From assembly GCA_033853355.1 (NCBI GenBank), contig JAWOLP010000022.1, positions 1-56,722 on the forward strand: a stretch of 56,722 bases of DNA. Reading direction: 5' to 3'. The position numbers and the translations under genes are program-made. Shown piece after piece: positions 33,438-42,543 of the stretch. The stretch is from Candidatus Micrarchaeia archaeon. Lineage in GTDB: Archaea; Micrarchaeota; Micrarchaeia; Anstonellales; Bilamarchaeaceae. How positions within the stretch are numbered: position 1 is the stretch's first letter; every line of letters starts with the position of its first letter. The notes under the pieces were generated by a model. The model was not told the DNA's origin. It did no database searches and saw only the letters and a program-made list of their open reading frames with translations.

Positions 33438-35096
33438 TCACCTTCTCTCTATGAGGTCGTCGAGCTCCTTGGTGTCGAGCGTTCCCACGGTCCCGCGTAT
33501 CTTCAGCGCGAGCAGTGTCGCGACTATCGTGAGCATCAGCACATCGAAGAGGGCGACCGCTTCCCCCACGAACGGCACCTGGATCGGCAGGGCTGTCGGG
33601 AGCAGCACGGCCCCGTTCTCCATCAGCAGGAATCCGATGAGCTGGAGCAGGAGGTTGGGCTTGACCGCGATTATCAGCAGGCCGACCAGTATGAGCGATA
33701 TGACGAGGGGGAGCATGAGCGTCGTCCCGCCGAGGACCGACGACAGCACGAAGGCGAGCACGATGAGCACGCAGGAGTATATCAGCGCGCGTGCCGTGGA
33801 GACCGGCGCCCCCATGAACAGCGGGTCGAAGTCGAGGTTCAGGCGCAGGTCGGCCTTCGTCGCCTTGAAGACGTTGTAGAAGCGCATTGGGAGCAGCTTC
33901 ACCTCGCCCGGCATGACCCTGAAGAGGTGGTAGAGCAGGATGGGCACGAGTATGAGCTTGAAGAGGACAGTCGAGCCCAGGCGGAAGTAGGCGTCTATCG
34001 TCGGCTCGTAGAGCACCTGGGAGAGGAAGATGAGCACCAGGCATGCGCTCTGGAGCGCGTAGAGCTCGAGGCTCCGCCGGAACGTCGCGCTGAAGATGAA
34101 GTAGAGCGAGCTGAGGAGCATGATGAGGAGGAGCGCGGTCGTGATGTTCTCCCCCGGCTGTGAGGCGAGGAAAAGGCGGGAGAGGAACGCGAGGACTGAG
34201 AGGATCATTGCGAGGATCAGGAGCTCCCCGACCTTGAACAGCCTCACCTTCACGCTTATGCTCTCGACGGTCGCGGTGATGACCGAGAGCGCCACCCCGA
34301 TGCCGAGCACCGCCGCGGCCCTCTCGAGGCCGTCCTGGGGCACGAACGGCAGGAACAGGACGCCCAGGAGGCTGAACAGCAGGAATATCTTGGCCGCATG
34401 CGCCCATTCGATGAGGGCCAGGTCCGGGCCCGAGTTCTCGAGTATCATCGCCTCATGGACCATGGTCAGCTCCAGGTGGGTCGCCGGGTTGTCGAAAGGC
34501 AGCCGCCCGGTCTCGGCCAGTATTATGACGAAGAGGGCCAGCGCGGCCAGCCAGTGGGCAGGCGCTAGCGCCTCGGTCCATGCCGAGGCCCCCGAGGCGA
34601 GCGGGACGATCAGGCTGTAGCCGCCCGACACCGCGAGGAAAAGGACGACCGCGAAAAGCGCCGGCTCTATGAGCACCGAGTAGAGCATCTCCCTGCTCGA
34701 GCCCAAGCCCCCGAAAGCGCTGCCCGCGTCGAGGCCGGACAGCGCGGTGAGGAAGCGGCTTATGGAGAAGGTGTAGGCGAAGAAGATGATGCTCACGGCC
34801 AGGTAGGGCGACGAGGAGAGTATCGGGAGCATGAGCGATGCAATCGCGATGGACACGAAGCCCACGACGGGAGCTATGACGAACACGAACGATGTGACGT
34901 CGCTCTTCTTGGTCCCCTTGGAGAGGAGCTTCAGCACGTCGAAGTAGGGCTGGAGGATGGGCCCGCCGGACCTCCCCTGGAAGCGGGCCTTGACCTTGCG
35001 CATTATGCCTATCAGCAGTGGCGCGAAGATGAAGACGAAGAGGATCTGCAGGAGCGCCTGCGCCGCGAGCGGGATGTTTTCAAGCATATGCATCAC
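33438..35096 (-). CDS. Fusion of NuoH/HyfC/HycD-like and HyfE/NuoK-like membrane subunits
   Basis: The N-terminal ~300 aa carry the NuoH-type RKVKARFQGRSGGPILQPYFDVLKLLSKG motif. The C-terminal ~230 aa are a multi-TM HyfE-like module. 552 aa is about the sum of HyfC and HyfE. Confidence 0.78.
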   Translation of the reverse strand: MMHMLENIPLAAQALLQILFVFIFAPLLIGIMRKVKARFQGRSGGPILQPYFDVLKLLSKGTKKSDVTSFVFVIAPVVGFVSIAIASLMLPILSSSPYLAVSIIFFAYTFSISRFLTALSGLDAGSAFGGLGSSREMLYSVLIEPALFAVVLFLAVSGGYSLIVPLASGASAWTEALAPAHWLAALALFVIILAETGRLPFDNPATHLELTMVHEAMILENSGPDLALIEWAHAAKIFLLFSLLGVLFLPFVPQDGLERAAAVLGIGVALSVITATVESISVKVRLFKVGELLILAMILSVLAFLSRLFLASQPGENITTALLLIMLLSSLYFIFSATFRRSLELYALQSACLVLIFLSQVLYEPTIDAYFRLGSTVLFKLILVPILLYHLFRVMPGEVKLLPMRFYNVFKATKADLRLNLDFDPLFMGAPVSTARALIYSCVLIVLAFVLSSVLGGTTLMLPLVISLILVGLLIIAVKPNLLLQLIGFLLMENGAVLLPTALPIQVPFVGEAVALFDVLMLTIVATLLALKIRGTVGTLDTKELDDLIERR

Positions 35097-37087
35097 GAGA
35101 CCGCGTATATCGCGAATAACAGCACAAGGCCGAGCGTGATCATGAGGTACATCAGGTAGTCGCTGAGCTTGCCGGAATGGAACACGGCCGAGTACGGGGC
35201 CAGGTAGTGGAAGGCGCGGGAGGCCGGATCATAGATGATATAATTGAAGAAAGCCGAGCCGTAGGCCGCCGCGGGCTTCGACAGCGGGTCGAGCCAGGCG
35301 TTGAGCGAACGGGTCACGGGCATGGCGAATCCCGCGGCCGAATACTGCATGCGCGGCGTGACGTCCTGGTAGCCGCAGCCCCATGTCTCGCCTGCCTCGT
35401 GCTTCCGGTTCCTTCCCGCGAAGCGGAGCCCTGCCCAGAGGAGGGCCGAGCCCAGTACGAGGGCGATCAGCACCGGCGCTGTCTGGATCCCTTCGGCGTA
35501 GACCGATATCGAGGAAGCCGAGGCCGGGAAGCCGAGGGATGAGAATACGCCGAGAGCGGCCTGCGCCCCGCCGAGGGGAAGCGCCCCTGCGGCGACGCAC
35601 GCGAGCGCGAGGAGCCCCATGCCGGCAAGCATCGAAGAGGGCACCTCCTTGGCATGGGCCGCGTGGGCGCTCCTAGGCATGCCGAGGAACGGGATGCCGA
35701 AAGCCTTCACGAACGCGCCCACGGCGAGGGCGCTGGTGAGGGCCAGGAACAGGACGCCGAGGGAGAGCAGGAGGGAGAGCTGGGCCGAAGGGCCGATGCC
35801 GCCGAGCAGCGCCTCGAAGGTGAGCAGCTCGCTGACGAACCCGTTGAGCGGGGGTATCGCTGCGATGGAAGCGGATGCGAGGAGGAACAGCACGGCCGTG
35901 GCCGGCATGAGCTTGGCCAGGCCCCCGAGCTCCTCGATGTTCCGCTGGTGGGTGGAGTAGGCGATGCTTCCGGCTCCTAGGAAGAGCAGGCTCTTGAATA
36001 TCGCGTGGTTGAACGTATGGTAGAGGGCGGCGAACAGCGCCAGGGCGGCCAGGGCCGGGATCTTCGCCCATGCGAAGAGGACGGCCGCGCCGAGCCCGAT
36101 GAATATTATGCCGATGTTCTCTATGCTGTGCATGGCGAGCAGGCGCTTGAGGTCATGCTCCAGGAGCGAGTAGAGCACGCCGAGCACGGCCGAGAACATG
36201 CCGAGCACCAGGATCACCGTGCCCCACCACATGGCCGCCCCTCCGTCCATGATGTGGAAGAACCCGAACAGGACGCGGACGAGGCCGTATATCGCGACCT
36301 TGAGCATGACGCCGGACATGAGGGCCGAGACGTTGCTCGGCGCCTGGGGATGGGCCAGCGGGAGCCAGGCGTGCAGGGGGATTATCCCGCATTTCGAGCC
36401 GAATCCGATCAGGGCGAGCACGAACACCGCGTCCGCGAACATCGGCGCGTAGGAGGCCGCCCCGAAGGAGCTGAAGTCCAATGAGCCGGAGCCGCCGGCC
36501 AGTATCAGGAACATCAGGGTGAGGGCGACGGCCCCTATATGAGTTATTATAAGATAGTTGAAGCCCGCGGTCTTTACCCCCTCCTCGCGGTGCTCGTAGG
36601 TCACGAGGAAGAACGAGCTGAGCGCCATCGCCTCCCAGACGACCAGGAAGAGCAGGGCGTTCTGGGCGGTCACGACGAGGATCATCGAGAGGAGGAAGAG
36701 ATTGTAGAGGAAGGCGAAGCGCCCCAGGTTATAGCCCTTCTCGCTGTATTCGCTGGAATAGCCGAACGAGTAGATCGAGACCGCGGCGCCCACGAAGGCG
36801 ATGATGGAGACGAAAAGCCCGGAGAGGGCATCCACGCTGACAGAGAGCGTGCCCAGCGGCGCGCCGAGCTGGGCGAACACCATCGTGCCCGGCCCCATCC
36901 CGATGAACGGGGCGATCCCGGCGAAGAGGGCCAGGGCGCATCCGACTAGCGCGAGGCCGAAGCCCAGGACCGTGCTGGCGCGCTGGTTCCTCGAAGCGAG
37001 CAGCGAGAAGGCGGAACCGGCGATGAATGCCAGCATGGATAGTGCAAGTGCGGGCTGGCCGAAAATGTTCGGATCACTTATTTGCAT
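35093..37087 (-). CDS. NuoL/HyfB/HycC-like antiporter-type subunit
   Basis: 664 aa. WEAMALSSFFLV and PLHAWLPLAHPQAPSNVSALMSGVMLK are typical of the family. 4-nt overlap with the next gene. Confidence 0.88.
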   Translation of the reverse strand: MQISDPNIFGQPALALSMLAFIAGSAFSLLASRNQRASTVLGFGLALVGCALALFAGIAPFIGMGPGTMVFAQLGAPLGTLSVSVDALSGLFVSIIAFVGAAVSIYSFGYSSEYSEKGYNLGRFAFLYNLFLLSMILVVTAQNALLFLVVWEAMALSSFFLVTYEHREEGVKTAGFNYLIITHIGAVALTLMFLILAGGSGSLDFSSFGAASYAPMFADAVFVLALIGFGSKCGIIPLHAWLPLAHPQAPSNVSALMSGVMLKVAIYGLVRVLFGFFHIMDGGAAMWWGTVILVLGMFSAVLGVLYSLLEHDLKRLLAMHSIENIGIIFIGLGAAVLFAWAKIPALAALALFAALYHTFNHAIFKSLLFLGAGSIAYSTHQRNIEELGGLAKLMPATAVLFLLASASIAAIPPLNGFVSELLTFEALLGGIGPSAQLSLLLSLGVLFLALTSALAVGAFVKAFGIPFLGMPRSAHAAHAKEVPSSMLAGMGLLALACVAAGALPLGGAQAALGVFSSLGFPASASSISVYAEGIQTAPVLIALVLGSALLWAGLRFAGRNRKHEAGETWGCGYQDVTPRMQYSAAGFAMPVTRSLNAWLDPLSKPAAAYGSAFFNYIIYDPASRAFHYLAPYSAVFHSGKLSDYLMYLMITLGLVLLFAIYAVS

Positions 37088-37226
37088 ATTCTAAGACCTT
37101 CTGGCCGGTAAAATTCAACATAATTCAATGTGAAGATTTTTAAAGATGGCTGGGCTCGCCGGGTCGGCATGCCGGTCCGCGGCGCGTTTTCAGACTGTTT
37201 TTAATAATTCGGGGCGAGAGACAATC

Positions 37227-37664
37227 ATGGAAAAGGTCCTGATACTGAGCGGAAGCAGGAGCGACGAGGAGATAGCGAAGCAGGCGATGGACGTCCTCAA
37301 CGCATTCGGCGTGCCGTGCAGGTACGAGGTCGCCTCGGCCCACCGTAACCCGGAAAAGGTCGAGCGGCTCATGAAGGAATCGACGGCGCAGGTTTTCATA
37401 GGCATAGCCGGGATGAGCGCGGCGCTCCCTGGCGTGATGGCCTCGAGGACGGCCAAGCCGGTGATAGGGATCCCGGTCAACGCCTCGCTCATGGGCCTGG
37501 ACTCGCTCATGTCGATCGCCCAGATGCCCCCTAACGTGCCCGTCGCGTGCGTCGGGGTGGGGATGGGCAAGAACGCCGGCCTGCTCGCGGTCCAGATACT
37601 GGCCCTCGGCGATCCAGCGCTCGCGGCGAAGCTGGCCGAGTTCAAGGAGAAGCTCAAGCAGTAG
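37227..37664 (+). CDS. purE: N5-carboxyaminoimidazole ribonucleotide mutase / AIR carboxylase catalytic subunit
   Basis: ILSGSRSDEEI, SAHRNPEKV, GIAGMSAALPGVMAS, PVIGIPV. Start set at MEKVLIL (ATG 37227), about 22 nt after TATA-like TTTTTAATAAT. Confidence 0.92.
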   Translation: MEKVLILSGSRSDEEIAKQAMDVLNAFGVPCRYEVASAHRNPEKVERLMKESTAQVFIGIAGMSAALPGVMASRTAKPVIGIPVNASLMGLDSLMSIAQMPPNVPVACVGVGMGKNAGLLAVQILALGDPALAAKLAEFKEKLKQ

Positions 37665-37707
37665 CGTTTAATACCTGAGAGGGACAACTCATCAAGAGGT
37701 AGTTGAT

Positions 37708-38928
37708 TTGCCGGCAGATTCAGAGAAGACCTACCAGCTTCGGAAGCAGCTCCGCATGCTGGAGGCGTATCGTGGCAGCGGCACCGAGCTGATATCGGTG
37801 TACATACCGTCAGGCTCGCCCATACACGAGATGAACAACAAGCTCCGCGAGGAGGCGAGCCAGGCGAGCAACATAAAGTCGAAGTCCACCCGCCTCAACG
37901 TGCTGGGCGCGCTGGAGAGGATAATGAACCACCTCAAGCAGTTCAAGAAGACCCCCGACAACGGCCTGGCCGTCTTCGCCGGCAACATCTCCGACAATCC
38001 GGCCAAGGTGGACATCGAGCTCTTCTCGCTCGAGCCCCCGGAGAAGCTCAACATCGGCACCTACCGGTGCGACAGCAGGTTCTTCCTCGACCCGCTCCAG
38101 TCGATGCTCGGCTCGGTCGATTCGTTCGGGGTGGTGGTCCTCGACGGGCGGGAGGCCACGGTCGCCCTGGTGAAAGGCACGAACATTACGATCATCAAGA
38201 AGCTCAACTCCACGGCCCATGCCAAGATACGCAAAGGAGGCCAGTCCGCCAGGAGGTACGAGCGCCTCATCGAAGAGGCCATCGAGGTCTACTACAAGCG
38301 CGTCGGCAACGCGATGGACGAGGCTTACCTCAAGGACGAGAAATCCATAGTCAAGGGCGTCATAGTGGGCGGCCCGGGGCCCACCAAGGAGAACTTCATG
38401 AAGATGAGCCCGTTCAACTACCAGATAAAGGTCCTCGGCGTCGTCGACACCGGCTACACGGAGGAGTTCGGCATCCGGGAAGCCCTCTCCAAGAGCGAGA
38501 ACATACTGGCCCAGCAGGAGGCCGTAAAGGAGAAGATCCTCGTCGACCGGTTCATCAAGGAGGTCGTCAACGACGGCCTGGCCACCTACGGCGAGAGCCA
38601 GGTGCGCGAGGCTGTCATGAGCAGGCAGGCCGAGAAGGTCCTCCTCTCCGAGGGGCTCACGCACATGACCGGCTCGTACCGCTGCCCCTCGTGCGGGGCG
38701 GAGGAGAAGAAGGCGAGCAGGGAGCAGCCCCAGGACACCATCCAGTGCCCCAAGTGCGGCAAAGAGATGAAGCTCCAGTCGAAGGAGCTGCTTATAGACG
38801 AGATGACCGAGCTTGCGAAGCAGAACGACATAGAGGTGGAGATAATCTCCACGAACACCGTCGAGGGAAACCAATTCCTGACCGGCTTCGGCGGCATCGG
38901 GGCGTTCCTCAGGTACAAGACGAGATGA
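37708..38928 (+). CDS. prf1: Peptide chain release factor aRF1
   Basis: NIKS (ASNIKSKS) and GGQ (RKGGQSARRY) motifs. C-domain with a CPSCG...CPKCG zinc-ribbon insert. TTG start as given in the track. Confidence 0.93.
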   Translation: MPADSEKTYQLRKQLRMLEAYRGSGTELISVYIPSGSPIHEMNNKLREEASQASNIKSKSTRLNVLGALERIMNHLKQFKKTPDNGLAVFAGNISDNPAKVDIELFSLEPPEKLNIGTYRCDSRFFLDPLQSMLGSVDSFGVVVLDGREATVALVKGTNITIIKKLNSTAHAKIRKGGQSARRYERLIEEAIEVYYKRVGNAMDEAYLKDEKSIVKGVIVGGPGPTKENFMKMSPFNYQIKVLGVVDTGYTEEFGIREALSKSENILAQQEAVKEKILVDRFIKEVVNDGLATYGESQVREAVMSRQAEKVLLSEGLTHMTGSYRCPSCGAEEKKASREQPQDTIQCPKCGKEMKLQSKELLIDEMTELAKQNDIEVEIISTNTVEGNQFLTGFGGIGAFLRYKTR

Positions 38929-38948
38929 GCGGCCGGACCATAGGAGCG

Positions 38949-39182
38949 TCATCGCTTCCTGCTGCCGCCTGCGATGCCCAACCAGATCATCGTGATCCCG
39001 ATTCCCAGCGCGGCTATCCCCGCAGCTTCCCATTCGACCGAGCCGCCTTCTACGCATCCGCAATCGGCGAAACAGAGGATCGGGCAGATCCTGGCCGCGC
39101 CGGCTCCCTGAAGGAGCCAGAGCAGCCCTATGAGCGCGATGGCAAATCCGGCGAGGGCCTCAGCGGCGATCATCGGTTTCAT
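38949..39182 (-). CDS. Possible small Cys-containing membrane protein (77 aa)
   Basis: Two hydrophobic helices flank CPILCFADCGC. Start set at MKPMIAAE. Weak support only. Confidence 0.4.
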   Translation of the reverse strand: MKPMIAAEALAGFAIALIGLLWLLQGAGAARICPILCFADCGCVEGGSVEWEAAGIAALGIGITMIWLGIAGGSRKR

Positions 39183-39249
39183 GATCCTGAATGCACCGCG
39201 AGGGAGTGGGCCGGCAACCAATATAAACACATATTGACACGAATCAATC

Positions 39250-39774
39250 ATGATGCAGGTCTCATCCATTCCGGCTCATCGGGATCATTCTGCCCCGGCC
39301 CCCCGCACGAGGAAGGCCGCCTTCGCCTCTGCCGCCGCGGCAGGGCTGATCGCTCTCTCCGCCTGCACTCCCCAGACCCCGAACGACGTCCCCGCGATTA
39401 TCGAGGTCAGGAGCAAGCTCCGCGAGCCCCCATCCACCCTGGCCGAGGACCTCGGCGAGGCGACGCAATCCGACCTCAACGGCAAGATCACGCTGTGCAT
39501 GGGATATTCCTCCTGCACATTGGACGTCGAGCCCGGCGACATACTCCTCTCCTACCGGTTCCTGCCGGAGCAGGAAGGGCGCATCGAGATATCGGTCACC
39601 AGGACGGCCGACCCCGGGGTATCGTTCGAGCAGACGACGGAGTTCAGGCTCGGGTCCCCGACCTACGACAACCAGACCGTGATGAGCGGGGAGAAGGCGC
39701 GCCTCTTCAACACGGACCTCACGATAAGCGTGACGAAAGGGGACGCGGGCCGGTTCTACGTGAACCTGGAGTAG
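39250..39774 (+). CDS. Hypothetical secreted protein with lipobox-like signal
   Basis: AAAAGLIALSAC resembles a lipobox, followed by a beta-rich domain. No family motif. Confidence 0.5.
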   Translation: MMQVSSIPAHRDHSAPAPRTRKAAFASAAAAGLIALSACTPQTPNDVPAIIEVRSKLREPPSTLAEDLGEATQSDLNGKITLCMGYSSCTLDVEPGDILLSYRFLPEQEGRIEISVTRTADPGVSFEQTTEFRLGSPTYDNQTVMSGEKARLFNTDLTISVTKGDAGRFYVNLE

Positions 39775-39775
39775 C

Positions 39776-40405
39776 TCAGCCGCGGGTTATCGCGCACGAG
39801 CCCATGGTGTAGTTGCTTCCGACCGTCACGACCATGCCGTTGCTGTAGTAGCTGGCGCCGCCCGGGCCCTGCTTGACGTATATGGTAAGGCCGCTCTTCA
39901 GCATGCTGAAGCAGTCGGAGGGGTCCCTCTTTCCGTCCGGCGCGGTGCAGCCGTCGTCGGCGAGCGAAAGCGGGGTGACGGACTTGCCGCCCATGCCGCT
40001 GCTGCCGGCGAAGTCCACGCCGCACTGGAGGATGTTGTCGCTGACCTTGGTGTCCTTGACCCCGCGCACGTCCATGACTATGAAGACGTTGGACGCAGAG
40101 TCGAATATCCCCTTGAACGTCTCGGCGTCGACCGAGGTGCCCGGAGTGAATGCCATCGAGGACTGGTTGAGGAAGTAGTAGGCCAGCGCGAGGGCGATGA
40201 CGAGGAGCACGACGACGGCCGCGGTCTTGAGGGCCGAACCCTTCTTCTGGACCGTCGCTGCGGATCCGGAGGGCGTTCCCTCCTTGGCCTCCGGCGCGGC
40301 CTTCGCCGCCTCTGGGGCCTTTTTCGCTTCGGGGGCGGGTTTCGCCTCGACGGCCGTCTCCGGCTCTTCGGCCGCGTTCCTCTTCTTCTTGCTTGCCATA
40401 ATCAT
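39776..40405 (-). CDS. Membrane-anchored extracellular protein, unknown function
   Basis: K/A/E/P-rich N-terminal segment, one TM helix (AAVVVLLVIALALAYYF), then a Cys-containing globular domain. The ATG overlaps the stop of the upstream gene (TGATG). Confidence 0.55.
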   Translation of the reverse strand: MIMASKKKRNAAEEPETAVEAKPAPEAKKAPEAAKAAPEAKEGTPSGSAATVQKKGSALKTAAVVVLLVIALALAYYFLNQSSMAFTPGTSVDAETFKGIFDSASNVFIVMDVRGVKDTKVSDNILQCGVDFAGSSGMGGKSVTPLSLADDGCTAPDGKRDPSDCFSMLKSGLTIYVKQGPGGASYYSNGMVVTVGSNYTMGSCAITRG

Positions 40406-42504
40406 CAGCTGAACAGCGCCACAAGCGGGCATGATTGGTAGTAATCGAGGTTGGCGTTTATCTGGGCCTTGTTCTGGTATATCACCGAGAACCTAGGCGG
40501 CTGGTTGTCGGGGGCGTATCCCAGCACGAACGACGAATCGGCCGCGCTTATGCTGTTCTGGCAGTCGCGCGCGTTGTAGCTGGTGTTCTGGCCCTGCTGG
40601 CTCGTGCTAGTGCAGGAAGTCTGGGTCAGGGTGTATATGGCGTAGGTCTTGTTCTTGCCGCCGAACGAGCCGGCCAGGCTGCTCGCGCAGGCTTCCATGG
40701 CGGCCGAGTCGGAGGAGGAGGCGTTGCGCAGGTCGACCACTATCGCGGTCGTGTTCTTCGAGTTGAACTCCGAGAGGAACTCAGGCAGGGTGGCGTCGGT
40801 CGATGTCTTGCCCAGGAACAGGTACATGAACACGCTGAAGAGGAGCAGGATCATCATTATGGAAAGCATGGCGACGCCGAGTATCTGGCCGGTCTTCGGT
40901 ATGCGGAAACGGCTGGCGGAGAAGATGTGGATGAATATCAGGAGCACGATCGAGCCGTAGGAGAGGAAGAAGAGGGCGGAGAACGCGCCGAGTATCAGGG
41001 GCGACTGGGGTATCGTCGAGGGAGAGACCGGGCTCTTGGTGGCCACTTCGGCTATGCCGGTGTTTATGCGCCTGGCGAAACCGCGGAACAGCAGCAGCAC
41101 CCTCGTGGCAGGCGTGTCGCTCTCGCTCTGCAGGAGGAGCTGGGCCCTGGACGTGAGGTTGCTGTAGTTGGCCGAGAGGGCCTGCAGCTGGGCCACGGTC
41201 AGCCCGTCGCGGAACTGGGCGTCGACGTCGCTGGTGTCGTTCACGAGCAGCTCCAGGGACTTGAGGGACACCGGGTCCAGGTCCTTGGTCTGGAGGACGA
41301 GTATGAGGGAGTTCTCGATGTTCTTGGCGTTCTTGGTGTCGTTGTAGACCGCCAGCATGGATGAGGAGGAGTTCGAGACGAGCGAGGTGAGGTTCTGGTA
41401 GGTGGATATGTCGCTGTCTATTGTCGTGAAGTTCCGCGCGCCGATGTCCTGGGGGATGGTCGTGTTGAGGGACTTGAGCTGGTCCAGCTTGCCCGAGAGG
41501 GTGTTGTTCGCCACATGGCCCAGCGCAGCGTTTCCAAGGGCGATCGCGTTCCCGCCGGCGACCGAGATGGGGGCGAACTGGTCCGTGTAGTAGACGGCCA
41601 GGTTCTCGGTCTTGAGGTGCTCCATGCGCGTCTGGGTGCTGTTGAATATCTGCGCGGACACGCCCTGGTAGTTGCTCAGGGGCGCGATCTTCTGGTCGAG
41701 GGACACAGCCTGGTCGTGGATCGACTGCGCCGCGCCCTCATCGAGCTGGAACGAGGGGCAGATCGCGTAGCAGACGCCGTAGCAGGCCTGCCGGTCCGCC
41801 GAGTCGTTGAGCCGCGGGGTGCGGAATATCGTGTGCTCTATCTTGATTGCGTCGGGCTTCAGCTCGCCGGAGGTGCTGCTGATGTAATCCAGCGTCGCGC
41901 CCATGTTGGTCTGGTTGAGGCTGTTGAGCATGACCGTGTAGTTGTTCAGCAGGTCGTCCATCCTCAGGCTGATCGGAGTGAAGTCCATCAGCGGCTGGAC
42001 GAGCTGGTCGGCGGAGCCGAGGTTCAGGCCATCCTTGTAGATGGAGTAGAGCAGGAGCGCGTTCTGGGAGCAGGATGCGTTGTCCCTGCATATGACCGGC
42101 TGGCCGTTGACGGTTATCTTGCCGGTGGAGAGCAGGACGTCGTCCCTGCATGTGTACTCCTCCTTGCCCTTGAAGTCGTAGCCGTCGTTCCTGCTCAGGT
42201 TGAAGGTCTGGATCGTCGAGAGCAGGTTCTGGACGTCGCCCTGGCTGGGCGAATACTGCTGGACGAAGTATGTATAGAGCACCGAGTCCAGCTGGCTCTG
42301 GTTGGTGACCGGGCTGCCGTCCTGCAGGAGGAAGGCGTACGAGCCGTTGATATTGACGATGGAATACGAGGAGTTGCCGGACGAGAAGTTGGTGTAGGTG
42401 ATCGAGGCGTTCTGCTCCTGAGGATAGAGGTAGTCCGAAACGTTGAAGGCCGCCGAAACGGCGGCAAGTAACAGTAGGCACGCGACTGCTTTATGGGAGG
42501 TCAT
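40405..42504 (-). CDS. Large surface protein, sequon-rich, with two internal TM helices
   Basis: 699 aa. Signal peptide (AVACLLLLAAVSAAF). More than twenty N-x-S/T sequons by eye. Two adjacent TM helices near residue 500. Confidence 0.65.
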   Translation of the reverse strand: MTSHKAVACLLLLAAVSAAFNVSDYLYPQEQNASITYTNFSSGNSSYSIVNINGSYAFLLQDGSPVTNQSQLDSVLYTYFVQQYSPSQGDVQNLLSTIQTFNLSRNDGYDFKGKEEYTCRDDVLLSTGKITVNGQPVICRDNASCSQNALLLYSIYKDGLNLGSADQLVQPLMDFTPISLRMDDLLNNYTVMLNSLNQTNMGATLDYISSTSGELKPDAIKIEHTIFRTPRLNDSADRQACYGVCYAICPSFQLDEGAAQSIHDQAVSLDQKIAPLSNYQGVSAQIFNSTQTRMEHLKTENLAVYYTDQFAPISVAGGNAIALGNAALGHVANNTLSGKLDQLKSLNTTIPQDIGARNFTTIDSDISTYQNLTSLVSNSSSSMLAVYNDTKNAKNIENSLILVLQTKDLDPVSLKSLELLVNDTSDVDAQFRDGLTVAQLQALSANYSNLTSRAQLLLQSESDTPATRVLLLFRGFARRINTGIAEVATKSPVSPSTIPQSPLILGAFSALFFLSYGSIVLLIFIHIFSASRFRIPKTGQILGVAMLSIMMILLLFSVFMYLFLGKTSTDATLPEFLSEFNSKNTTAIVVDLRNASSSDSAAMEACASSLAGSFGGKNKTYAIYTLTQTSCTSTSQQGQNTSYNARDCQNSISAADSSFVLGYAPDNQPPRFSVIYQNKAQINANLDYYQSCPLVALFS

Positions 42505-42543
42505 TGAGGATATTTTGGAGGGGTTATTTATATACTTTTCCGT

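Noticed and set aside
31163-34407. Several 290-360-aa ORFs in both strands inside the hyf-like operon (31163..32218, 31956..33044, 33288..34163, 33421..34407)
   Set aside because: All overlap the membrane-subunit genes in other frames. They are R/P/G/H/E-rich with no hydrophobic helices, whereas the called frames give coherent multi-TM antiporter-like proteins.
38640-38790. Zinc-ribbon insertion in the aRF1 C-domain as an anomaly
   Set aside because: As far as I recall, CxxC...CxxC mini-domains at this position occur in many archaeal aRF1 proteins. I treat it as family variation rather than a finding.
37810-39063. 417-aa minus-strand ORF
   Set aside because: Antisense to aRF1, with L/R/G/V/A-rich artefact composition.
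38067-39812. 581-aa plus-strand ORF, the longest in its region
   Set aside because: It overlaps aRF1 out of frame and then crosses two other genes. It is extremely R/G/P/H-rich. aRF1 (NIKS and GGQ motifs) explains the coding signal.
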